DNA of 64,000 nucleotides from Strigamia acuminata (Eukaryota): NCBI GenBank assembly GCA_949358305.1, contig OX442314.1, positions 19,902,001 to 19,966,000 of the forward strand, read 5' to 3'. Shown piece by piece: positions 56,001 to 64,000 of this stretch (position 1 is its first letter; each line of letters starts with the position of its first letter). The notes under the pieces were generated by a model. It saw only the letters and a program-made list of their open reading frames with translations, ran no database searches and was not told where the DNA came from. The position numbers and the translations under genes were made by a program.

Positions 56001-56194
56001 ACAAACACTTGCAGTGCAAGTCCCATCCTCGAATCCCCCGGCAATCCACGGATGGCTCCCTTCGTACGAGTGTTTGAATTCCGGCGCACCGAGCTATCCG
56101 GTCCCCCCTTTATCATATGCCGCCAAAATTTGCTTCATTTCATGTCATATGAAAAGAAAAAAAGAAAAAAAAACAACAACACCACGGGAAAAAA

Positions 56195-56262
56195 CGACAA
56201 GAACGGATTCGAACCGCGCGTCAAGCGTGAAAGATAAGTATCATACCATCAACCTTTGATGT
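56195..56262 (-). pseudogene. Degenerate tRNA-like (Glu-like) cassette inside a probable repeat
   Basis: On - it reads GGTTGATGGTA...CTTTCAC...CGCGGTTCGAATCCG followed by T6. The B-box is perfect; the A-box and stems are degenerate. Confidence 0.45.
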
Positions 56263-57198
56263 GGTCAAGTTAGGCTCTGAACTTTGTTTCTTATTTGTCT
56301 CGACATCCAGTTTTTTGGTGTACGTGTAGTAATCTGGCGGCAATATGCTGCACTGAGAACGTCTTGATATCGTACCACAGATTGTAATTATAATATAATC
56401 TGTGATCATACGGTTTGCGAGCACATTTATGGTATACATTGCAGAAGCATATTCCAGTTCAAAATATTTTCGGTAAGTTTAAAATTCGAAGTAAGTTTGC
56501 GCATTTTAAAGACGATTCTTCAAAAACTCACCGAAACTGTTCAAATAGTCCCGGCGAAAATCAAGTCGCAGAATCCCCAAATGTTTCCTAAAATCAAATA
56601 GACATTAATACACATCTTTCTAAATGAAACTTCATACACCTACTTGCTGACTTAGTTCAACTTGCTAATATTCACGGTTTGCATCGATTTAACGGTTCTA
56701 CATTTTAAAGCTAGGCTCCACGCACTGTCGAGCTTGGAACGTTTCTCACAGCGCCATTTTCAAAACGAAAAACGAACAAAAGACACCCGTTAGAACAGGT
56801 GGCGCCACTCTGTGACAAATAATTAAACCAATCTCCAGAATTCTCTCATAAATTCTCTTATCTTTTCTCGTATAGCTACGCAGTGGCTTGAGGATAATGT
56901 CAAAACAAATTGCAGAAATTTTTTCTCGAGTTTTATTATCATTAAATTAAATTTATTGTGAAATAAATTAATTTTAAAATCTTCCAGAAATTTCCAGCGA
57001 AATGTACTTTGACTATATTGCACATACAAGTTTCGAAATATAATAACATCTATTTAATCTGAAGTATTTCATTACGAATTATGACAGAACGCAATTAATA
57101 AAAATTCGGTGCAGAATTTATTTGTGTACATTTCTTAAACTTACATTTAAAACGTTAAAAATATTTCCTGCGTAAGTTAATTTACAATGTGCTTGAAC

Positions 57199-57375
57199 TT
57201 ATTGGAAATGCATGTAATAACCTTCTTTTTCCACTGTTTCTTGCATCAGAGGGCCAAGATATTGGATAAGCATTTCGTACAGTTCCCTTTCCTCGGAGTC
57301 CGTTATGCTTGCAATCGAAAACAGATAGTTGAACCTCGGATTAACTTCCTTCATTTCTTTTATTTTTGCAATGAT
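57199..57375 (-). CDS. Unrecognised small secreted protein, exon 2 (whole protein 118 aa)
   Basis: 61-nt intron ending ttaatccacag. Open phase-0 frame IIAKIKEMKEVNPRFNYLFSIASITDSEERELYEMLIQYLGPLMQETVEKEGYYMHFQ*. AATAAA on - at 57122-57117. Confidence 0.68.
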   Translation of the reverse strand: MIAKIKEMKEVNPRFNYLFSIASITDSEERELYEMLIQYLGPLMQETVEKEGYYMHFQ

Positions 57376-57436
57376 CTGTGGATTAATTTAAGAAAATGAT
57401 TTCTTGAAAGTATAAAAGAATAATTAAAATTTTTAC

Positions 57437-57616
57437 GTTACTGTCAGCATAACTCGAACCAAATTTTCCAAATTCATCAAATAATTCTGTCAATTCGTCC
57501 AAAGTATTGCCCGTGATGTCTTCCTCGCCATACTTTGAAATCCTAAACGATGTTTGCCCATAAACCGATAAAATATATGAACAGAGTACCAACGTTAAGC
57601 AAATTAACTTCAACAT
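57437..57616 (-). CDS. Unrecognised small secreted protein, exon 1 (signal peptide and N-terminal part)
   Basis: CAAC-ATG start. MLKLICLTLVLCSYILSVYG looks like a signal peptide. 60 codons, then AAC|GTAAAA phase-0 donor. Confidence 0.7.
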
Positions 57617-57679
57617 GTTGCGTATCAAAATTTGAGATGAAAATAAATTATTTCGAGTTGCGTCTCGCTAATGTAATTA

Positions 57680-57835
57680 AGGACTTATCTTCTTAATACC
57701 TTTTATGGTGCCATTTGATAGTTTTTATCAATTATATTTACATCAGAAATTGAGTTAATAATTACGTGGAAGTTGATTACGTAATTATGTGCAATCTGAA
57801 TAATCTCCACATTTCACAACTTCCTGGAAATTCAA
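57680..57835 (-). promoter_or_regulatory. Putative promoter of the secreted-protein gene
   Basis: TATA-like CATAAAAG (57707-57700 on -), GATA motifs, bZIP palindrome ATTACGTAAT (57776-85) and STAT-type TTCCTGGAA (57821-29). Confidence 0.4.
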
Positions 57836-58819
57836 AGGTTATAAGCAAATAGCAAAGTTTAATTTATTTATACGTCAACATGTTGTCTTATAACAACAAG
57901 TTTTATTATATTTTATATAAAAAAATGGTTGCATTTATAAAGTAAAGACATTTAAACTTGTATTTTTTAAACCAAATTTTACATGTAAAATTTTACCAAG
58001 TATAAACAAATTTAAATGACTATGAATGCACCTACCAGTAGTTGTTAAATCCTGGGCAGGTATATTCATATTGATTTATTGATTTTTCAAATAAATATAG
58101 GCCCGATTTGAGGGATACGAGTTAACATATGTATAAATAGATATTAAGTTTTTGTTTTAATTCACTTTTGTTTACATATCCAAAAATATTATACTTTCGA
58201 CTAAAATATTTATTGATAAAGCTTTACTCTACTTTTTCAGGGCTTTTAAATTTTTCCACTCGCGACCCCTTTTTGGTCGAGAAATGTGTTCGCGGCCCTA
58301 TACAGGTCTTTAAATGAAACATTTTTGCGACTCCCTGTTAGGACATCGGCTGCAGATAAAATGGCATAATAGTATTTACTGGGGCCGCTATTCCACGCGC
58401 GACATGGGTTGGCGCGACGTCGCGATCGTGGATACGTCCAACATTCGATGTTGTACCGGTAATTAATAACTGTAGCATCAAAACCCCGTTATCGACACCA
58501 ATGTTATCCCTTCGCATCACTGCACAGAATGTAACACAAAGGTAAGCTTATAGCAACACAATGCTATTTGCACAGTCAAATTTGACGCAGTAAGCATTTC
58601 CAGGAATTAGGAGATAGAATATGGAAGGGTTTACCGAGGAGGGAGATATATGAACATCACAACCTCTCAACTTTATAGTGTATACCGTAATTCCCCAAAT
58701 ATATGGCCAATAGGGAATAATAAAAAAAAATTCAATTTTCAACACAGTTTATAGCTCCAGACTTTCCACTAAAAAGAGATTCTCCATTCCATTAACAACT
58801 ATACTCTGGCTTAACGTAA

Positions 58820-59560
58820 GTGGGTATCCAGTTCCTGTTCGTGTACCGCCTCCTGCTTGCGCATCTTGTCAAGCGTTTTTTGGCTGATGTGGCATAAACG
58901 CGCGTGCCATAATGCCTTTTCAGACACATGTTTGTCATTTGCCACCTTGGCATACTCATTTCATGTCTCCAAAATGAACATATTCCCGCTCTTGACACTT
59001 TGTGCAATGGGCTTTCCAGTAGGATCAAGGATGTCGGCGGTTTTGTCATCGAAGACGACCTTATATTGCCTTGTTGTCATCTTGAGAATGATACCCAGAG
59101 ATTTCCCGGCAAAAAATTTGTTCCCAGTCCAGCCCTGCGTCCAAGTCCACGACGAACGCGTGATCTGGCAAGTTCTTGACCTGTGCGAGATTCGCAGTCG
59201 CTCTCGTCGATTTGGTAAGAAAACCACGTTGTGGAACTTGAGCTTGTGCAAGCTTTGCCACTTCGTTGAGTTGGCCCTTTGGTCGCTCTCCAGATAGCAT
59301 ACCCAGCAGTTCTTGGCCAAGCGGTCAGATTTTGCCACATTCGTAGCAAATGACTTTCCTTTCGTTTCTCGATTTCCTTTCGTCGGAGTTTATCCCGGCT
59401 TGGGCCTTAAAAGCCGCTGTTGTTGCTATCGGTGCCCCTGGGGACGAGGTCCACTGGTCCTCAACAAGCATCACCCTCCGCAGATCCTCGAGCTTTGCGT
59501 CTGTTCGGGGCAACACAAATGTGTTAGATATTCCTATGTTCCATGGCGCTGAACCATTGA
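58820..59560 (-). mobile_element. Decayed Ty1/copia LTR-retrotransposon gag-pol fragment
   Basis: Frameshifted minus-strand peptides occur in copia order: gag end with zinc knuckle VICYECGK/..LAKNCW, protease-like FVVDLDA, KMTTRQYKVVFDDKTADILDPTGKPIA, then the gag-pre-integrase motif LWHARLCH. No LTRs or RT were seen. Confidence 0.85.
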
Positions 59561-59633
59561 TTAAGATTTACTACCTATACTGATTAAAAAGCTATCAATA
59601 ATCAACAAAACTCTTTGAATAACTTTCTTTGTC

Positions 59634-59720
59634 GTGCCGCTCTTTAATGCGTCGCTCTTTTCAGTGTTGCTCTTCTGAGCGATTGCTATTTCAGAGTCGC
59701 TCTTTCCAGCGTCGCAATTA
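59634..59720. repeat. Degenerate 15-bp tandem repeat (GCGTCGCTCTTTTCA-like), ~6 copies
   Basis: Units: gtgccgctctttaat, gcgtcgctcttttca, gtgttgctcttctga, gcgattgctatttca, gagtcgctctttcca, gcgtcgcaa. Confidence 0.6.
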
Positions 59721-60010
59721 TTACCCTTCGTCTTTTTTTAAAGGCTTTTTTTTATTTAACTTGACTTGAGTGTTTGTGTGTTTCAACTTCCAGTTTTCTT
59801 AATTTGGAAAAAAAAGAATTATAAAAGTAATATGGTTAAAATAAAAATTCCTGTCTGCTCATATATTTTGTTTTTTAATATTTAATATTTTATATAAAAG
59901 CCTTTTTCCAAAAACTTGGTTTTTAAAGGCTTTTATTTCTTCTTTACTTTTCATTGAATTTGAATTGAATTGAATTTTCTTTTCGTTTCAGGTTGTGACA
60001 CTTGGAGATT

Positions 60011-60095
60011 ATGATGGATATGCCTCCAGTACACTGTCGATTTTGTGTACATTTACTTGTAGTATTTTGTGTTGTGAATTTCGTTAGTGCAGTCA
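60011..60095 (+). CDS. Nrg: Neuroglian coding exon 1 (signal peptide)
   Basis: Acceptor tttcgtttcag ends at 59991. Encodes MMDMPPVHCRFCVHLLVVFCVVNFVSAV; donor A|GTAAGT. Confidence 0.75.
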
Positions 60096-63000
60096 GTAAG
60101 TATTTAAATAATATTTGAATAATATTTGAATAGTATTGAATGATTTTGAATTTGTAGTTCCTTCGCCGCCTACGATAATGAAAGAACCACCCTCCGATTA
60201 TTTACTCTTCCAAGTGGCAGTGAAACAAGACGAGAGAGAGAAGCCTTTCATATTGGAATGCGAAGCGTCGGGCGAACCACAGCCCACGTAAATATACATA
60301 ACATAATATAATATAATATTGAGATTGAGATTGAGATTGAGTTTTGAGTTGTATTTTGAAGATATAAATGGACGAAAAGCGGGCAGCCGTTTCAGTGGCA
60401 GGCCTACGACGCTCGCATATCTCAGCAGCAGGGCAGTGGAACGCTGGTGGTGACGAACCCGACGGACGTGGACGAAGGCTACTACCAGTGCCTGGCCGAG
60501 AACGAGCACGGGACTGCGCTGTCGAACGGCGTATTCATGCGTAAATCGGAGTTAAATTCATTTCCGGACGAGAAAACGCAAACGAAGACCGTGAACGAGG
60601 GTGAACCGCTCACCCTGGAATGCAGTCCGCCGACGGGTTTTCCAAAACCGACCATTTCATGGATCCTGTTGGGACACCAGGGCACTTTACGCAAACTGAA
60701 CAACCCCCGAATCACAATTGATCCTGAAGGCCAACTTCATTTCTCGAACGTAACCAGTGCCGATGTTTATGACCACCAAGACTACGCATGCTCGGCCTAC
60801 AACATGTTTCGAAATGAGTACAAGTTCGGCAACAAGGTCAAATTAGATGTGATGTCGTCGGGAGGTTCAGCCGTATTGAAGCAACACGAACCCCTCTTGC
60901 AGTACGTCTCACCTCCGAACATTGTTACGTTTCGGGGTGATTCCGTGGATCTACATTGCATTTTTGGTGGCACGTAAGTTTCATATCTCATTTCTCATTT
61001 CTTAATTTTTTAATTTGCTTTCAATTTACTAGTCCACTCCCTGAAATCCAGTGGAGGAAAAAGGGTAGAAAGCTGCCACCAGGACGTCATGTTTTTCTCA
61101 ATTATGGTAAAACATTGCAGTTGAAGAAAGTTAGTTTCGAGGACAAAGGATTCTACGAATGTTTGGTGACCAACGGGGTCGGTGTCCCTCAATCAAGATC
61201 GATGAATGTCCAAGTGCATGATGGTAAAGAAATCAAAGAAAATCAAGTCAAATCAAATCAAATTAAATCAAATTAATTAATAGCACGTCCACATTGGGTT
61301 TCCGTGCCGAACGACACGATCTCAGCGCTGGACGAAGATGTGGAATTCGAGTGCAAAGCAGCAGGGATCCCCGAACCAGAAATCAAGTGGTTCGTCAACG
61401 GCGTTTCGTTAACCGGTAACACATCAACACGTAGAAATTTGACACGAGCATTAACATTTTATCGCATTAAACAGAAGCGCCACCAAACCCACGAAGAAAA
61501 AACGTGAGTTCGACGATGATTCGGATCGAGAAATTACAGAAGTCCGACACCGCCGTGTACCAATGTAACGCATCGAGCACAGTGGGCTACGTGTTTAAGA
61601 ATTTCTACGTGAACGTTCTAGGTAATTGATGGAACGAAATTTCTTTTTTCTTTTGCTTGGCTAAATATATGCCTGTCTCGAACGTTAGCATTGCCGCCCA
61701 CCATCGTGGAGCCACCTAAAGCCAACTACGAAACCGTCGACAGTTTGTCCATCACGCTAACGTGTCGCGTGTTTGGTGCACCGAAGCCGCAGGTGGTTTG
61801 GAAACGGAACGAAAAGGAATTGACGGGCGGCAGATTCAACGTGCTCGACAGCGGAGATTTGGAAATCCGCAACGTGATCTTTGCAGACGCCGGACGCTAT
61901 TCGTGCGAAGTGGAGAACTCTTTGGGAACGGTGCGTTCGCACCCGGAGGTCGGCTATCTCGAAGTGCGAGGTAAACACGAACGTTCTTTTATTTAGTTTC
62001 AATTTTTCTAGTTGAAATGCGTTTGATTTCAGAGAGGACGAGGATCACGGTTTTCCCGATGGACTACGAAGTGCTGGCCGGCCAGTCGGCGACGTTTCGC
62101 TGTTATGCTAATACTGATTCGAATTTATCGCTGAGTATTCACTGGCTGAGCAACGGGCAATTGATCGACTTTGACCAAGACCCCCGCATGTTCAAGGCGG
62201 CCGATTATTCACTCACTATCAGCAAAACGAGCGAACTTGACTCTGGCACGTACACGTGCGTCGCCAGCACGCGATTGGACAACGCCACTGCCAGTGCGAC
62301 ACTCTTCGTGCAAGGTGAGCAAGTAGTGCTAATAAGTACAACAAACATTCATTTTTCTCATTTTTCTCATTTTTCTCATTTTTCTCATTTTTTCTCATTT
62401 TTTCTCATAGATATACCGAATCCGCCGCGAATGTTGGGCGTCCGATGCGAAGGCCTGTTCGCAAGAATCAAATGGCAACCGCAGGGAGACAACAGGGCAC
62501 CGATCCTTAATTACAAGATCCAATACAATACTAGCTTCACGCCCGACAACTGGGAACAGTACTACGACGGCGTGCCGGCTACCGACCGCTCTTTCTCCGT
62601 CTCCATGAGTCCCTGGGCGAATTACACGTTCAGGGTGATCGCCCGAAACAAGATCGGCGACAGTCTTGCCAGCGAGCATTCGGAGCCGTGCCATACACCA
62701 CCAGACGTACCTTACAAGAACCCCGACAACGTAGTGGGTAAAGGAACTACGCCAACGAAATTAGTCATTTCCTGGACGGTAAGTTTGGTGAAATGAAAAT
62801 CTAGCTAACAACGGTATTTTACTTTGACCTCTCTCCCTCTTTCTCCAGGCTATGCCGCCGATCTAGCACAACGCACCCGAATTCATCTACCGTATTTACT
62901 ACCGGTTGGACAAGCCCGGGTATCCCTGGTACAAACAGGTGGATATTTCGAATTGGGAGCAGGCTTCATATGAAGTAACGAACCCAGAGTCATTCCAGCG

Positions 63001-63952
63001 GTACAAATTCAAAGTCTTGACTATCAACAAGTTGGGTGAATCCCTCGTGGATGCGCGTGAGGTGATCGGCTGGTCCGGAGAAGATAGTGAGTTTGCTCTG
63101 AATGAATGAATCACCAAATAAACGAACGAATTGTTGTTGCAGCACCCCTGCAAGCGCCTCATACTTTCAGGTTGGTTAGAGTTGTCAACGGCAACACTGC
63201 AGACCTGGAATGGTACCCCGTGCAGCCGGATTCGTTGCGCGGACACTTGAAAGGTTACAAGATCGAGACGTGGTCGACGTTGGAAGGCGAGAAGCAGATG
63301 CGACAAACCTTCGTCTCTGCCGAGTGGGAGTCGGCTCGTGTTGAAACGTTTGTACCTTACGCCATGAACAACGTGCGCGTGCGCGTGCTTAACGGCATGC
63401 ACGAAGGACCTCCAACTCAAGTGATAACATTTCAGACTCCTGAAGGAGGTGAGTTTTGAAAAATGTAAAATCAAAATGTTTGTTTGTTTATTTGTTTGTT
63501 TGTTTCTAGTTCCGGGTCCTGTAACCTCGTTTGATGCCGTCCCAATGGGTTGCAATGCCCTCTATTTAATGTGGACGAAGCCAACGCGGCCCAATGGCAT
63601 TCTCACGGGTTACAAAATAACGTACTCCAAGGTGGAACGTACTGAGGTGAAGCCGAAGAATAAGAGCGAATTGCTCATCGACCAGTCGGAAACGCGTACG
63701 AAGCTCGGAAGTCTAGAGAAGAACACAAAGTACCGCGTCACCATCGCCGCCCTCACGTCGCAAGGCTCGGGCGTACCCTATTTCATCGAGGCTACTACCA
63801 AAAACATGCAGGAACCGCCTGCCAAACCCACCTTCAAGTGGTACCTCCTGCTGACCGCCGACGGTAAGGCGTCGGTCAGAGTCGTTTGGCTGCCGGACGT
63901 CCATCGTCATATAGGCAGTTATTTCTTCGTATACTACAGGAAGAAAGATTAA
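60011..63952 (+). CDS. Nrg: Neuroglian/L1-family cell-adhesion gene (6 Ig + FN3 1-4 + start of FN3-5), interrupted by an in-frame TAG; possible secreted paralog or pseudogene
   Basis: 12 phase-consistent exons: 60011-60095, 60158-60287, 60362-60973, 61033-61223, 61284-61415, 61475-61621, 61689-61970, 62033-62314, 62411-62778, 62849-63086, 63143-63448 and 63510-~63947. Neuroglian-like signatures: SPPTIMKEP...LLFQVA...PFILECEASGEPQP, FQWQAYD, DPEGQLHFSNV, NYGKTL, PPNPRR, GDNRAPIL, SPWANYTFRVIARNKIG, PYKNPDNV. All six Ig cysteine pairs are present. Confidence 0.9.
60158..60287 (+). CDS. Nrg: Neuroglian exon 2 (start of Ig1)
   Basis: tttgtag| IPSPPTIMKEPPSDYLLFQVAVKQDEREKPFILECEASGEPQPT |GTAAAT. 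Confidence 0.85.
60362..60973 (+). CDS. Nrg: Neuroglian exon 3 (Ig1, Ig2, start of Ig3)
   Basis: YKWTKSGQPFQWQAYD...DEGYYQC...LTLECSPP...DYACSA...LHCIFGGT; donor AC|GTAAGT. Confidence 0.9.
61033..61223 (+). CDS. Nrg: Neuroglian exon 4 (Ig3)
   Basis: PLPEIQW...NYGKTLQL...DKGFYEC; donor G|GTAAAG. Confidence 0.88.
61284..61415 (+). CDS. Nrg: Neuroglian exon 5 (first half of Ig4)
   Basis: RPHWVSVPND...VEFECKAAGIPEPEIKWFVNG; donor G|GTAACA. Confidence 0.85.
61475..61621 (+). CDS. Nrg: Neuroglian exon 6 (second half of Ig4)
   Basis: EAPPNPRR...DTAVYQCNAS...GYVFKNFYVNVL; donor G|GTAATT. Confidence 0.85.
61689..61970 (+). CDS. Nrg: Neuroglian exon 7 (Ig5)
   Basis: LTCRVFGAPKPQVVW...GDLEI...DAGRYSCEV; donor G|GTAAAC. 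Confidence 0.9.
62033..62314 (+). CDS. Nrg: Neuroglian exon 8 (Ig6)
   Basis: ERTRITVFPMDYEV...ATFRC...DSGTYTCVA; donor G|GTGAGC. Confidence 0.9.
62411..62778 (+). CDS. Nrg: Neuroglian exon 9 (FN3-1 and start of FN3-2)
   Basis: DIPNPP...WQPQGDNRAPIL...SPWANYTFRVIARN...PYKNPDNV...LVISWT; donor |GTAAGT in phase 0. Confidence 0.9.
62849..63086 (+). CDS. Nrg: Neuroglian exon 10 (FN3-2), containing an in-frame TAG at 62864-66
   Basis: ctctttctccag| AMPPI*HNAPEFIYRIYYR...YKFKVLTINKLGES...GWSGED; donor A|GTGAGT. Confidence 0.8.
63143..63448 (+). CDS. Nrg: Neuroglian exon 11 (FN3-3)
   Basis: PLQAPHTF...LEWYPVQPDSLRGHLKGYKI...FQTPEG; donor G|GTGAGT. Confidence 0.88.
63510..63952 (+). CDS. Nrg: Neuroglian exon 12 (FN3-4 and start of FN3-5), running into TAA
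   Basis: VPGPV...LMWTKPTRPNGILTGY...TKYRVTIAALT...PPAKPTF...VRVVWLP...SYFFVYYRKKD*. Confidence 0.85.
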
Positions 63953-64000
63953 TCATCAATTCAATTTTTCAATTTTTTAATTTTCTTTTTCTTATTCTGA

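Noticed and set aside
63948..63960. AT-starting intron as a U12 AT-AC intron
   Set aside because: ATTAATCA does not match the U12 donor consensus ATATCCTT.

Overview
AT-rich eukaryotic (arthropod-like) genomic DNA; no prokaryotic system, rRNA or CRISPR array. Three protein-coding genes can be assembled by hand with phase-consistent GT-AG introns. (1) A Golgi alpha-mannosidase II (GH38) gene on +, exons 24078-24464, 47152-47324 and 49152-51945 (1117 aa), with a 22.7-kb first intron and a 2.8-kb last exon. (2) A two-exon gene on - (57616-57199) encoding a 118-aa predicted secreted protein that I do not recognise, only partly captured by the ORF track, with STAT/bZIP/GATA-like motifs upstream. 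(3) A compact neuroglian/L1-type gene on + (60011 to the window end; 6 Ig + FN3 domains) that carries an in-frame TAG at 62864 and an apparently lost splice donor at 63948, so it may be a secreted/truncated paralog, a readthrough case, a young pseudogene or an assembly error. The non-coding DNA is full of non-autonomous transposons (pogo/Tc1-like, hAT, PIF/Harbinger, Kolobok-like foldback, DINE-1/Helentron-like), including a four-level nest at 2349-3727. It also holds a Ty1/copia remnant, three tRNA-like cassettes and two minisatellites. Base skew and minus-strand splice donors suggest that 1-55 kb may be intronic to a large minus-strand gene, with the mannosidase nested antisense. All family assignments rest on motif recognition by eye; no database searches were run.
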